Origin: a virus
Virus record (IMG/VR): IMGVR_UViG_3300025150_000003
Location: 96,001-160,000 of that record
Reading direction: 5' to 3' (one strand)
DNA length: 64,000 nucleotides
The notes below the pieces were generated by a model, which saw only the letters and a program-made list of their open reading frames with translations, did not search any database and had not been told where the DNA came from. The translations under genes were made by a program, and so were the position numbers. Position 1 is the stretch's first letter. The number at the start of each line of letters is the position of its first letter. Shown here one piece after another: positions 8,548 through 20,400 of the stretch.

Positions 8548-11500
8548 CAGCTCACCTGGTCGTACACGAAGTTCAGGTTCCCGAGCACCAAGTGCTCGAT
8601 AGGGCCTGGTTCGATGTTCTTGACCCCTGTATCCCCCATCACGACGTAGGTGACGGCATAGTCATGCAGTGTCGGGGTGTCCAGTGGAACCCCACCCGGC
8701 ACGAAACTCACCAAGACACGATTGCTGGTGAGCATCTTGCGAATCCGCAGGATCTCGGCAGCCCGCTTGTCCACGTCACTGGGAAGAACGTAGCTCGCTT
8801 CGATGGTCGTGTTGTCCGAGTAGCCTGGGATGTTCAGGCCATCCCCGCCGATGATGAAGCAACCACCAGCGGAAGCCCTCAACGGGAATCCGTTGATGTT
8901 CGGGGGGATCTCGTGATGAACGAGAGATGCCTCATCCTGGAACACCCCTCGGAACTCCTTGCGCTCACCACCGGCATCAGAGGTTGCGGAATCCAAGGCG
9001 TTCTTGATGAGGTACACGTTGGTCGTGGCCGAAGACCAACCGTCCACACGGAAAGAATCCCCGTCAGTGTCCGTGGTGATGACCTCACGGACAACCTGAG
9101 CGGAGTCACCCCGGACCATCTTGACCAGCGGGGTCACCACGTAATCCACCCCAGTCACCGCATCGAGTGCACGAATCACATCCGACTGACGAACTGGGGT
9201 GCCCAGCCCGAAGTTCCCGAACAGCCGAGCCAGTGCCGTGCGAACATTGCTGTCCACAGTCCGTTCACTGGTGTTGGGCTGGAGGACGATCGTGGCCGAA
9301 AGGTCCACCGGGACCTCTACAGCCCACTTCGCGATGACATCCGCTGTGATGTGGGAATCGTTGTCAACCGTATCCTGAACGGCTGAGACAACTGCGTTGA
9401 CCAGATACTCCACGATGAAGTTCTCATCATGGGAGTAGTCCACAAGAACGGTCTGCCCCTCTACGATGCGACTGGCATCCGTGAGCTGGATGCCCAAGGG
9501 AGTGGTCTCATCCCCGTAGATGATGGTGAAATCCCGCTGGGGGTCCGTCGAGAGAGGCCCGTTGTACTCAATGGTTCGGTCGAAGTTCCAGACCCTCACT
9601 GTCAGGTGGTTGGCCCCAAGGTTGTCGAGGTACTCGATGCCAGTGAGCATCGAGTGGCTCTCCCCTGTCACCGTCAGAGGTGTTGATGACGGGATGGTGG
9701 CCCCACTGGTCAGTGGTTCCGTCACCTGTACATAGTCCCCAGCCATCGTGGAGCGCCCCAGTACCAAGGGATCCGAAGCCCGGTAGAGGTCGTAGATGCC
9801 CTCTGCAAGAAGACCTGTCTGCTCCCCCTCGAACCGAGACACTGAGATGACGGGCTGTCGGGTGAGCACGAACTTGTTGCTGGTCCGGTAGCGGTAACTG
9901 CCCCGGAACTCATCGGTCAGGGCATGGACGGTGGGGTCGTTGTAGTCCGTCGAGAGCTGGATCTCGTTGTAGGCGACGTACTCCACGTCGGTCAGGTCAA
10001 ACAGAGCACTCTTGGTGACGTTCTCGAACACCAGGTCAAGCGTGGGAAGGTCAAGCATCTCGATGAGCGGGTTGTCTGCACTCAGCGCTGGGTCGATGGC
10101 CCGGAACCGCAACGTAGCCAGATCCCCGACCGGCTCGAACTGCTGATGATCCCGTGTCTCGAAGGCGAAAGCGAAGACGTCGGTCACCCGGGCCTGTGAC
10201 TCCCCCCGCAAGTAGATGTCCACTTTACCACCCACGTGCCGCCCGGTCTCATTCCGGTCGCGCATCATTAGGCGATGGCCTGCATGGATGACGCTCACCT
10301 GAGCGACACCAGGGGTGTTTGTGGCATTGTTGACGTAGCCCTGAAGGGTCCCCGAGTCCACAGCGGCCAGGACTCGCAAAGCCCGCAAGGCGAGGTCACG
10401 ATTGGACTCACGGTCTGTACCCCCGAACGTCGGGGACTCATTCGTGACCCGAACGTTGAGGTCGTTGTTGCGGATGACGGTGATCTGCCCACCCGCCAGG
10501 TTCCCAGCAGAACCTGCGAAGTCCGCCTGGATGAAGGCTCGGCCGATGTACCGGCCCGTCTTCGGGTTGTAGTTCCGACCGACCCCCGTGGGGGAGATCA
10601 GTGCTGTGGACGTTGTGCGGAACGTGGCCTGCCCTGCCGAGAGGAGAGTACCGATGCTCTTGGTGATGGAAGCCGTGGGCTTGTCCACGACGTAGAAGGT
10701 CACCTCACCACGGGCTCGCTTCCCGCCCTCTCGGATAACCCCGTGGTTGCTAGCGAGTTTATCGAAAGCGTTGTCGATGATCGTCTGTACTTGGTCATCG
10801 CTCGTTAGGTGGAAAGCCTCCCGCAGAGCCGTCTTGTAGCTTGACTGACTCACCGCTACAGGGAATCCCGACAACGTGGGGTCGTCGATGAGCAGCAAAG
10901 TGGCGAAGCTCTGAGCGTTATGCAGGAAATCGACGATGAACCGAATCCGGTCGGCCTCGGTGGCGAAGGGGTCGATGAACGTATCCCGCAAGGCCGAACC
11001 GGGGTCCACACGGACTTGAGGCTGGCTCCTGTAGATGGATAGTACAGCCTTGCGGACCATCTGCTGCCGGGTCACCTGGGGGAAAGAACCCACCGTCGGC
11101 ATGATCCGCAACGGTGCCCCCACCACCTCAGGAGAGAAGAAGCTCTCGTACTCCACACCGTCAATGAGATGAACGGCGGTGGCAACATAGTACAAGGGTG
11201 TATTCTCGGGCACCGTTGACAACTCAGAGTGGGGCAGAGCCGGGTAGGTGCTACTCAGAGTGGCCTGACGGTCATGCTCGAAAGTGTACCTACGGGTCTC
11301 CCGTACACTCTTGATGGTGGTCTCCACCCGGAGCCGGTCGGTCGTCTCAGGGATGTTCAGCAGCTCGTCGAAGCTGACCCCCAACTCGACGTCGTTCTGG
11401 TCTTCCTGTGACCCCCGCATACGAAAGTACATCGGGTCAGCCACATGAAACCCCTCGGAATCGAGAACGACATTGCTGTCCACGACCAGGGATGCCAGAT

Positions 11501-12041
11501 CTGTCTCCGCTTCCACCACCTCACCAGAGATGACCATCGAGGGGTTGAGCCGGAAGTACCCTACATCCCCGCCACCTGGCTGGGAGCTAGCATAGAAGTG
11601 GTAGCCGACGACGTTCTCGTTGTCCTCAATACCCTCAGCCGTGATCTTGACGGTTGCGTTGAACCGCTCCAGATAGATGCCGGTCGGAGAAGCAACCAAG
11701 GCCCCAATGTCTGCCTCAGTGGAGAGGTGAGCATCCAGTACCGCCAACTGCGTGGCGGAGCCATTCGTGAGGATGGCTTTCACCCGAATGTTGTTCCCAC
11801 CAGCAAGAAGCTGGAGTCCATCTGGGTACGCGGAGGGGTTGGGGACCGTGAACGTTGTCCCCTCGAAAGTGATCAGGTTGGGGTCGCTGGTGAAAGCGGC
11901 CCCTCGGATCGACACCTGCATGTCCACTGTGTCCGCTGGCGTCGTTCCTGTGAAGAACTGCTGTGAGACCGTGGTGGACAGAAAGTAGTTCTGCCGCAGA
12001 ACGTTGTCGGGACCATTGAACTGAGGGTAACTCGCCATCAC
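8547..12041 (-). CDS. Baseplate J / T4 gp6-like wedge protein with N-terminal extension
   Basis: 1164 aa; VDPGSALRDTFIDPFA, RARGEVTF, AGSAGNL, GGTDRESNRDL and GLGTPVRQSDVIRALDAVTGVDYV are Baseplate_J-type motifs. Confidence 0.85.
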   Translation of the reverse strand: MMASYPQFNGPDNVLRQNYFLSTTVSQQFFTGTTPADTVDMQVSIRGAAFTSDPNLITFEGTTFTVPNPSAYPDGLQLLAGGNNIRVKAILTNGSATQLAVLDAHLSTEADIGALVASPTGIYLERFNATVKITAEGIEDNENVVGYHFYASSQPGGGDVGYFRLNPSMVISGEVVEAETDLASLVVDSNVVLDSEGFHVADPMYFRMRGSQEDQNDVELGVSFDELLNIPETTDRLRVETTIKSVRETRRYTFEHDRQATLSSTYPALPHSELSTVPENTPLYYVATAVHLIDGVEYESFFSPEVVGAPLRIMPTVGSFPQVTRQQMVRKAVLSIYRSQPQVRVDPGSALRDTFIDPFATEADRIRFIVDFLHNAQSFATLLLIDDPTLSGFPVAVSQSSYKTALREAFHLTSDDQVQTIIDNAFDKLASNHGVIREGGKRARGEVTFYVVDKPTASITKSIGTLLSAGQATFRTTSTALISPTGVGRNYNPKTGRYIGRAFIQADFAGSAGNLAGGQITVIRNNDLNVRVTNESPTFGGTDRESNRDLALRALRVLAAVDSGTLQGYVNNATNTPGVAQVSVIHAGHRLMMRDRNETGRHVGGKVDIYLRGESQARVTDVFAFAFETRDHQQFEPVGDLATLRFRAIDPALSADNPLIEMLDLPTLDLVFENVTKSALFDLTDVEYVAYNEIQLSTDYNDPTVHALTDEFRGSYRYRTSNKFVLTRQPVISVSRFEGEQTGLLAEGIYDLYRASDPLVLGRSTMAGDYVQVTEPLTSGATIPSSTPLTVTGESHSMLTGIEYLDNLGANHLTVRVWNFDRTIEYNGPLSTDPQRDFTIIYGDETTPLGIQLTDASRIVEGQTVLVDYSHDENFIVEYLVNAVVSAVQDTVDNDSHITADVIAKWAVEVPVDLSATIVLQPNTSERTVDSNVRTALARLFGNFGLGTPVRQSDVIRALDAVTGVDYVVTPLVKMVRGDSAQVVREVITTDTDGDSFRVDGWSSATTNVYLIKNALDSATSDAGGERKEFRGVFQDEASLVHHEIPPNINGFPLRASAGGCFIIGGDGLNIPGYSDNTTIEASYVLPSDVDKRAAEILRIRKMLTSNRVLVSFVPGGVPLDTPTLHDYAVTYVVMGDTGVKNIEPGPIEHLVLGNLNFVYDQVS

Positions 12042-13213
12042 TGGCCTCCAGTCAGGCGGTTGCGGTCATTCACCGCAAGGCCCCACAGTTGCTCTGTCCC
12101 CAGCCCCGCAGCTTCCGTGCCGAGCATCAGACCATTTCGCCCCATCAGGGCTACAACTTCAGGAACCGAGAATACGATGTTCAACTCGATGGGTTGCCCC
12201 GAGGAGTTCTGGACCGTCACCTCAATGAGGTAGGTCGTCGGGTCTTGAGCGTGTCGTTTCACGTTGACGGCGAGCACAGCGTAGAGCCGTTCCTTGAACG
12301 ACATCTGCTGGTACTTGGCCTGGTCAGCCTGAAGGGACTGCAACTGACCCAGTGCTTTCCGCACATCCTCGCTCAGCACTGAGGCCACGCCCGAGAGAGC
12401 CTTGGTTCCGATGCGCTGCCGCAGCGTGGTGCCGTACCACGGATAGAACGGGTTGGATCCACGATCTGTCAGCAGAATCTTGAGGGCCGCCTGGTAGAGC
12501 AGATCCTCATTCTGGATGATGATCATGTTGCCGCTCTCATCGAACCTGTAGTCGTTCTCGATGAAGCTGGCTTGGCACCGCAGGCACCGCTGCACTGGGA
12601 CCGAGTAGGTCACCTTGAGCATCGGGTTGGACCGGAGGGGCTTGCGGAATCGGACAAACTGATTGGTGATAGTATCCGGGCGGAGGTACAGGTCCCATCC
12701 GGGGTAGACCTCACGCCCGTAGGCCGCCCACGGTCGGTCAGAAACACCCGGTTGACCGAAACCCAAGCCCCCGGCCACCGACCCTGTCACCTTCACGAAG
12801 GCCGAGGGACCAACGGTGTTGGGGTCCACCAACACCAGGTATCCATTGTCGTTGCGGACTTCCACGTGGGTCCAGCCTGCGATCTGTACTCGGCGAATCA
12901 CCTGGTCTGTCGTCAACCGGATGAGAACTCGGTTCCCGAAGTCCAGTGTCTCAGAACCCCCGGTCGTCTCGACCGTGAAAATGCTCTCGTTCGGGATGAT
13001 GTCAAAAGGTCCTGACACCGAGCTAGAGAGCACCGCTGCCGAGTAGACGCCCTGACGAGGGATGAGGAAATCATCGTTGGCCAGCACACGTACCTGACCA
13101 AGGGCGGCAATAGGCTGCCGAGGGTCAAGAGACCTCCGGTCCTCCCCCAAGGGCACCACTTCCTCCACCGTCAGGTGTGGACATGGCCAGGCAAGTTGGA
13201 ACTCGATGGACAT
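12038..13213 (-). CDS. GPW/gp25-like sheath-initiator wedge protein with N-terminal extra domain
   Basis: C-terminal QAALKILLTDRGSNPFYPWYGTTL matches the gp25 ILxTxxGxxxxxPxYG signature; directly upstream of baseplate J. Confidence 0.8.
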   Translation of the reverse strand: MSIEFQLAWPCPHLTVEEVVPLGEDRRSLDPRQPIAALGQVRVLANDDFLIPRQGVYSAAVLSSSVSGPFDIIPNESIFTVETTGGSETLDFGNRVLIRLTTDQVIRRVQIAGWTHVEVRNDNGYLVLVDPNTVGPSAFVKVTGSVAGGLGFGQPGVSDRPWAAYGREVYPGWDLYLRPDTITNQFVRFRKPLRSNPMLKVTYSVPVQRCLRCQASFIENDYRFDESGNMIIIQNEDLLYQAALKILLTDRGSNPFYPWYGTTLRQRIGTKALSGVASVLSEDVRKALGQLQSLQADQAKYQQMSFKERLYAVLAVNVKRHAQDPTTYLIEVTVQNSSGQPIELNIVFSVPEVVALMGRNGLMLGTEAAGLGTEQLWGLAVNDRNRLTGGQ

Positions 13214-13259
13214 CGCTCTCCTCGGTCCTCCTCTTCTGCGGGGTATAGGCCCGAAACCG

Positions 13260-14162
13260 TCAGCCCATCAGCCCCATACCATCACCGGGCTCATCCTCCA
13301 GCGCGAACCGCAAGAATCCCAGGGTGGGACTGGGCTGGAATCCTGTAGGGAGGCCCGAATCACTCACATCATAGAGCAGGCTGTACATCTCGGCGATCAC
13401 GACCTGAACAAGCCGGTTGGGGTCGAACTTGGCCTCGTCCAGGGTGGGCATGTCCACCAGCAACCCTCCGAAGGCCTCCATCAACGTCTCTTGCCGTTCG
13501 AGACGAAGTTGCTCCCAGCAGTCCGAGAGCTTGATGATCTGCCACTCCTTGTCCTGCAACCTGGACTTGATCTCCTTGTTCGCCCACTTCCGGGTGTCGT
13601 GCAGCACCCGAGTTACCGTGCTGTTGTCCCAGGCACCACGGTCCAGACGCCCACCCATTCGGCCGGGGATGTAGCCTGGATGGTCAATCATCCCACCTCG
13701 ATAGCCCTCATAGCCGGTCATCTTCGGGTAGTTGCTACCTTCCTCAGCCGACTCTGGCAGAGGGTCGTTGTACTGCACCGACTTCGCACCAGGAGCACCA
13801 CCACCAGGATAGGCCTGCTGCACGGCGAGGGAGCCACCCTCCTCGGGTGACATCCCCGTGGTGTCCGGATGCAAGAACCCACAGATGTTGAGCGGGTTTC
13901 CCCCAGTCGCGATGTAGGCCTGCACCAGCCGGCAAAGGCTAGAACCCGCCGTCACCTTGAACCCTGTCCGGCGATAGGTCGCCTTGGTGCTAGACCCCTC
14001 ATCGACCTGAGCGTAGTCAATGGTCACGAACCCAATACGAGTCATCTCCGCTGTCAACGTTGCAATCCGAGCGACCACGTCACGGCGCTCCCGAAGGAGC
14101 CACTGTGTGATGGCCCGGAAGTAACCCACTGAGAACACACTGCTTTTGCTGAACGACGGCAT
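13260..14162 (-). CDS. Hypothetical protein, probably virion-associated (300 aa)
   Basis: In the baseplate operon with GGAGG upstream; no recognised motif. Confidence 0.7.
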   Translation of the reverse strand: MPSFSKSSVFSVGYFRAITQWLLRERRDVVARIATLTAEMTRIGFVTIDYAQVDEGSSTKATYRRTGFKVTAGSSLCRLVQAYIATGGNPLNICGFLHPDTTGMSPEEGGSLAVQQAYPGGGAPGAKSVQYNDPLPESAEEGSNYPKMTGYEGYRGGMIDHPGYIPGRMGGRLDRGAWDNSTVTRVLHDTRKWANKEIKSRLQDKEWQIIKLSDCWEQLRLERQETLMEAFGGLLVDMPTLDEAKFDPNRLVQVVIAEMYSLLYDVSDSGLPTGFQPSPTLGFLRFALEDEPGDGMGLMG

Positions 14163-14172
14163 AACCTACCTC

Positions 14173-17100
14173 CTACAGCACATCCGGCTCGTTTGTTGGG
14201 GCTGCACCAGCGGCAGGTTGAACCTGCTCGATGCCAATGGCATCAGGAGCCCGAACCAACGTGGTCATTGCCCCAGGATCCGGCTCCTGCCCACCAGCCA
14301 AATCGATGAGGTCGAAAATGAACGAAGGCCCCACAGGAAAAACCAAAGCGATTCCTCCCCCATAGGCCCTGGGCACGTCCGAGGGCTTGTTCTGCGCAGA
14401 CACCAGGTCAGACACCAGACCATCCGTCCCATCGGAGAGCACCACCAACCCACTGAACTCAGGCAGGGCAAAGCTGAAACTCAGGAGCGACTGGATGAGG
14501 GAGTTGATGCGCCGGATGAGCTGCTGAAGGTCCGTGATGATGCCCTGCAAGAACCCGATGTACTTGACGATGACATCCGCCATTGACCGGGTGGCTTCGG
14601 ACAACGCCAGGACCCAATTCTCCAGGCCGTTGAGGAACCCCTCCAGCTCGGGGAAACTGTCAAACAACCGCAACGCGACCCACTCACCATCCTGTGGGGA
14701 CCTCGTGAACGCCGCCGAAGCAATGTTCAGAGCAATGGCAGCTTGCTGATACAACACCCCCTCTTGGTACTCACGGAAGAGGCCCCTCAAGTAGATGGCG
14801 GCTCCCAGTGAAGAACCCCCCTTCTTGTAGTCAATCAGATCCGTAGCCCCGGAGTAGAACACAGGAGTCATGTCCCCCGAGGTTGAGACTCGACCCTTGG
14901 CCCGCTCGCTCATTTCCTTCAGGTATACCTGCCACGCAGGTGGTATCAGCAGCTTGCCATCCTTGTCCGTGAACTTGTCGTAGATGATCTCCAGAGACCG
15001 AGGAGCAAGTCGCTTTTTCAGTTTCACTACGAGGGGGTTTTCCTGGGAGTAGGTGATCTCCAACCCACCACCGGACCACTCGACATACTCCCCTTCCCGC
15101 AGGCGAAGGACTTGCAACTCTGACAGCCCGGCTGCGGTCAGAGACGGATTGGGGAAAAACAGCTCCTCTGCGGCCTCAGCACTGATTCCCATCGACAGAA
15201 CGTTCGGAGCCAGCCCGAACTCAGCCATCCCGGTGATCTGCTTGTCCGGGTCCAATGCCTGGAACAATGGCAGTCGTGGATTCTGGCCGATGGCCATCAC
15301 AGCCTTCTCATAGTCCCGCTGAATCAACGAATCCTGCACCCCCAGCAGCGTGTGCCAGTCCACCGTCCGCAGAGCCTCGGTGGCCGCGACTACAGCCTTC
15401 TCCGCCCCGGGCATCGGACCGGTCCTCTCGTAGATGTCGAGAGCCATTTGCTGGATTTGGCTGTACAGGTCAGCTCGCCACTTCTGAGGCGACTGGCTGG
15501 GTCTCTCCAGTACGGTCAGATCGGGGAACATCGTGCGGAGCAATGCTCGGGAGTCTTCCAGACCCGTAGCCTGGAGAGCAAATTGGCTCCCAGCCCACTT
15601 ACCGTCCTTGTACCCCTGGGCCACCAACTCGGATTTTTGGCCCAACTCATCCAGCAGCGGCAAGTCCGACCGACTCAGGACCAGAAGAAGCAGTGCCGTC
15701 TGCAAAGCTACCAGATAGTCCTGGGTGTTGGCATTGGCGAACGTGATCTTCCGAGGGGCCGAGGGCATTCCTACAGCGGCCTCCCCCGACTTCATGCCGA
15801 CGACAAAGGGCTCACCCGAGGTAGCTGCCTGATTCTTCACGGCGGTAGCCGTGAACTCCCACTGAGGCAGCTTCTTGCCCGTGGCGATCTCTTTGCCTAC
15901 AGCCCAGACCCGGACGTAGTAGTTCACCGCTGGACTCTCGACCAGCCCGGCTACAGGAAGGATCTCCCCATTTACCCGCTCGAACCGAGAGTCATAGGGC
16001 ATGTCCTCCAGAGCCAGCACTGCGCCATATTCCCCGGCGAACCACTGGGCCAGAGCTACGTCGGACTCGATCAGGAACGTCCGCTGGAAACGGAAGAAAT
16101 GCCCCTTGCCATCACCAGGCACCCCTAGCGCCGAAGGAACTGCGGCCCCATCTCGGAGCAGCAGCTCCAAAGGAACCACCTCATTCGAGGCAGGATCCAG
16201 CATTCCGTAAACCTGGCAGGCACTATCTTTCGCGACCTGGGTCTCCGGGTCGATGTTCTTGTTGTACTCCAGACCGGAGCCGTTGAAAGAAAGCATCTCC
16301 GCGCCGCCATGCAGCACGATGGACTGGTGATCCATCCCCAGGACGGAACCGTACTCCCGGGGCTGAACCTTCTTGTTGGCGTCACCATCCGCCGGCTTCT
16401 TGTCCGTGTTCTGCTTGGGTCGGCCGTACTTCAGTGCAAGGCCCTGCTCCAAAGTTGAAACGGTCACAAGGTAGCCAGACGGGCCGAGGATGGGCAACGG
16501 GTTGAAAGGGCTCTTCTGCGAGGCCGGTTGAGTCGTCCAGGTGACTCGGCACTGACTCGGGGGTGTACCTCCTCCTGCCTTCAAGGAAGCACTGAGACCC
16601 TGGAACTGAAACGCTGCAGGCACTGCCGCTATGGCCTGGGTCCCATACAAGGTGTCCTTGATGGTCGGGATAGGCATCCGGCTCGTGTCCGGGAAGAAGC
16701 TCACCCCGAGCATCTTGAGGAAAGTGATGATGAAGTTGATCAACCTCTCGAAGTCCGAAGGGTCCACCGACAGGTAGCAGAAGAATCCCGCAACCTTCGT
16801 CTGTCCGGACACGTCTGGCCTGGTCGGATCCGTGCGGTCCGTGAGACGAGCGATCATCCTCCGCTCGTAGGCAAGATAGCCGCCCCGAAGATCCTCTGGA
16901 GGCCATCCCAACAGTGCCCAATCCCCCGTGAGATAGAGCCCCACTTGTCTCAGGTCCCTGAGGATGGCACTGACTTCCGCGACGATGACCTCGATGAGGC
17001 TGGATAGCGGGTCGATGTACCCCTTGATGAACGCCTTGGCGAACTCCAAGGCGAGGTTGGCCACCTCCAACAGGGCGACCAGCACCTCGGCGAAGTTGTT

Positions 17101-17181
17101 GACGGCATCCCGAATCCCCTCAAGGTAGTCAGGGATTGCGAAGGTGGCGGTGCCCCACTGGCCTCGGACCTTGTCGGGCAT
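14173..17181 (-). CDS. Hypothetical virion protein (1002 aa) with amphipathic helical N- and C-termini
   Basis: Long ORF in the operon, translationally coupled to the upstream gene. Confidence 0.75.
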   Translation of the reverse strand: MPDKVRGQWGTATFAIPDYLEGIRDAVNNFAEVLVALLEVANLALEFAKAFIKGYIDPLSSLIEVIVAEVSAILRDLRQVGLYLTGDWALLGWPPEDLRGGYLAYERRMIARLTDRTDPTRPDVSGQTKVAGFFCYLSVDPSDFERLINFIITFLKMLGVSFFPDTSRMPIPTIKDTLYGTQAIAAVPAAFQFQGLSASLKAGGGTPPSQCRVTWTTQPASQKSPFNPLPILGPSGYLVTVSTLEQGLALKYGRPKQNTDKKPADGDANKKVQPREYGSVLGMDHQSIVLHGGAEMLSFNGSGLEYNKNIDPETQVAKDSACQVYGMLDPASNEVVPLELLLRDGAAVPSALGVPGDGKGHFFRFQRTFLIESDVALAQWFAGEYGAVLALEDMPYDSRFERVNGEILPVAGLVESPAVNYYVRVWAVGKEIATGKKLPQWEFTATAVKNQAATSGEPFVVGMKSGEAAVGMPSAPRKITFANANTQDYLVALQTALLLLVLSRSDLPLLDELGQKSELVAQGYKDGKWAGSQFALQATGLEDSRALLRTMFPDLTVLERPSQSPQKWRADLYSQIQQMALDIYERTGPMPGAEKAVVAATEALRTVDWHTLLGVQDSLIQRDYEKAVMAIGQNPRLPLFQALDPDKQITGMAEFGLAPNVLSMGISAEAAEELFFPNPSLTAAGLSELQVLRLREGEYVEWSGGGLEITYSQENPLVVKLKKRLAPRSLEIIYDKFTDKDGKLLIPPAWQVYLKEMSERAKGRVSTSGDMTPVFYSGATDLIDYKKGGSSLGAAIYLRGLFREYQEGVLYQQAAIALNIASAAFTRSPQDGEWVALRLFDSFPELEGFLNGLENWVLALSEATRSMADVIVKYIGFLQGIITDLQQLIRRINSLIQSLLSFSFALPEFSGLVVLSDGTDGLVSDLVSAQNKPSDVPRAYGGGIALVFPVGPSFIFDLIDLAGGQEPDPGAMTTLVRAPDAIGIEQVQPAAGAAPTNEPDVL

Positions 17182-17423
17182 CAGCTACCCCCACCGAACC
17201 GAAGCCGGATGATCTTCTCCTCCAGCACCCGGACCTCCGCCTCCTTTTCCTGCACCGCCACCTCAAGCAAGGCGTTGAGCTTCCCAAGGTTGCCTGCCAG
17301 CCGCAGCGCAAACCCAGGAGTCTTCGGGCCGTGGCCCCCCAGCTCTCCCCACTGCCCGAGATCAATGCCCGCAGCCTTCAGCCGCTCCTGCACATCCGCC
17401 AGCTCGTCAGCTTGGTTGCTCAC
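17181..17423 (-). CDS. Small coiled-coil protein (80 aa)
   Basis: Overlaps both neighbours by 1-4 nt; heptad-like LNALLEVAVQEKEAEVRVLEEKIIRL. Confidence 0.65.
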   Translation of the reverse strand: MSNQADELADVQERLKAAGIDLGQWGELGGHGPKTPGFALRLAGNLGKLNALLEVAVQEKEAEVRVLEEKIIRLRFGGGS

Positions 17424-20400
17424 CCTGTCACCCCTTCGGCGGTCTGCTCCAGAAGCAGTGTTCTCTGGCGGTCTTCCAGCCTGGCCGGGAGAGCCTCATC
17501 AAAGGCCTGCACACGGGCCAGGGTTCCAATGTACCGGTGTGTCCGGTAAGCCAACCAGGTGTACCGGATAGCCCGAAGGCGATCACGGACATCGAGGATG
17601 AGCCCCAGCTCATCAGGAAGAACGGGGCGAACCTCTGAACCTCCTGTTACCTGGTCCGTATAGGCCGTGTAGGGACCACCCACATCAGGGAACGACGGAT
17701 CCAAAGCCGTGAACTCCGTCATCCCAAAGGGATTGGTGGCATCCGGCTTCAACGTGTCCAACCGTCGGTCAAGAATCCAGAACCGTCGGTCCAGCAACGA
17801 AAGACAGTCGCTGGTGTTGATGAAGGGCGAGTAGTCGGCCTCTCCCACCAACGTCGTGACCAACCGGTTGGGGAACAACCCACTGCCCGAGTCAGGGTCA
17901 AAAGGAGCCCCCAGGTCCAGAACGTGCTCTTGGTCCTGCCAGTCCCAGTAGTAGCCGCCCTTGGTCCCCTTCATCACCGACCGGAACATCTCGATGAGCG
18001 AGAGCATCCGCTCCCGCATCATCAGCACGGCGTCCACGATCTCTGCACTGAACATCGCGTTCGGACGGATGATGCGGTAGCTGAACGGCCGCAGCGAGTG
18101 CTTGTCGAGAACCGTATCCAGAGAATCGGTGTACGACCAAACGCCTGGGCTGATCTCGGTGGCCTTGCGTGTAGGCCGCAAGTCGTTCTGACCCTCCCCA
18201 GTGTTCGGGGCAGGGTCAGACAGCTCTGAGAGACCCACCGTCGGATAGATGGCGTACATCAGGTCCGTCTGTGTGGTGGCCATCAGCACGTCAGCACCCA
18301 AGGTGCCTGCAAAACTGTGCACGGGGTCCAGTGTGAGGTTCGTAGCCTCCACAGACTGCACCCGATAGAAGCCCCGGTTGTCGTCCAGGCTCGACACCTG
18401 ACCCACGACATGGGGGCTCGGGTTGACCCCTGCTGTACGACCTGGAACGCTGGTATCCCCGAACGGACGGCTGCCCCGCTCGTCCACCACAGGAATCAGG
18501 CCCATCGGGTCAATGATAACGATGTCCCCCGCACGGACCCCCAAAGCTACGAAGTCCGGGGGTGATGCTGAGTCATCGTAGAGCAGGTTGGCGATGCTCG
18601 TCCAATCCCCAGGTGCTGCCACCTCGGGCACGTAGCCGCCTACCCAGTTGCTTGGATCAACGTCGCTCTGGTCTGCTACCGTCTCGTGAATGACCTGGTC
18701 GGTGATGAGATCCAGGAGCTGCTCATTGCTCTGCTCGTGAGGAACAGGGGCCTGACGCAACCAGACCTCGAAGCGACGACCAATCACACTGGCCTGAGTC
18801 AGCGTGGCGAACCCCGGAGCCCGGAGTTTCAGCACAGCATCAGAGACGACCTCGGAAACGACAGCTTCTTCCAGCACCACTCCAGCATCATCGAGCAGGC
18901 GGAGGATGTCTCCCGGGTGGATGTTCACGTCCTCGGAAGTGAAAGGTCCCAGGTTCGTACCCTGGTACAGCACCCCATCGTTGTCGCTCCACACGTCAGG
19001 AACACGGGGGAAAGGTGTCCCGACGTTCCAGTTCATCTCGAAGTTCAGAGCCGTCAGGGTCCCCACCTGTTGTTCGTTCCGACTGAAATCGGTGACGACA
19101 CCTCGACGAATCTCGTAGGCGTACTGCAAAGGATGAAACGCATCGTTGACGCCGTTCTGCTGGCCGTGCCACCGCCGGCACCGCCGAACCTCGAAATGCA
19201 CATCCTCGGCTGCTGTGGGGTTACGCATCCCAATCGTCCCTGCCGTCAGGGACCGGGAAGCATCCACCACCTTGGGGTCGCTCGCTGGATCCAGGTTGAG
19301 TGTGACCCTCGGCGTCGAGGGCTCTACGAACACCCCGCCTTTGGCCCAGAAGTCCGTGACAGCCAAAGAACCTGGCAGCAGACACGCCACCCCGGCACCA
19401 CCACTGAGGGTGTTGGGGTCGTTGAGCGTTGTGGCCTGGATATTGTCCAGATTGAGGCTGAGCAGGTAGGGCACATCCTCGTAGACAATCTCCTCCCCCG
19501 TCGGGTCAAAGACCTCACTGCCATACACCGGGCTTTTAGCCACCGCTGCCTCACCAGCAGCGGGAGCCAACCCTCTCACGATCTCCAAGGCACCAAACGT
19601 GAGGGCCACGGAACCATAGCGGCTGAACGTGAGGGTATTGACCCCATAGGCAGCCCCCGCGTTGTAGCCCACCACCGAGGAGTCATCAGGGAGACTGTTC
19701 CCACGGATCTGGATGGGGATCTGCTGGATTCCAGTCCCACCGCCCGAGTTGTCGTGCCACCCAATTTGAAGGCCAACCAGATCGGCCACCAAATCAACAA
19801 CTGGATCTACCACAGCAGAATCGTCGGCCCACTTGAAAGAGCCTCCCACCAAGCTCAGGCCAGAGACATCCTTCGCGGTGTACTCCACGCTGAACAAGGC
19901 AGCCTTGTATTCGGCTGCAACTGTGGTGTTGAGGTCCCCCAACTGGACATAGACCTTACCTGATGCGGGCAAGATCGTGGTGCTATCAAGTTCCAGGCGC
20001 AAGACAAATGGATCAAAATCGAAAGAAACCACCCGAGGGAACAGAGACGTGATGAACCCCCCACCACTCTTCAATGTAGCCCCAGCCACAGGCTTGTAGA
20101 GGTTGGGTCCTACAGTGGGCTCCACGGCATACCGGACGATGTACGTCCCTGCCTTCTCCGTTGCGGAGGACGGCAGGGCACTACCTGAACGGTCAATGTA
20201 GACCAGGTCCCCCTTCACCACCCGACCGACATCACCGCTCAAAGCAACGGGCACGACCGTGTGGATCTGGTTTCCCTCCGCGATGCCATTCCCCACCAGG
20301 ATGGGTACACCATCCGTGTCCAGTGACTGAGACGCCACCAGAGCTGCCGTGATGTTGGAACCCGTGATGGGTGTGTTCAGGAACTCGAAGGCCATCACAC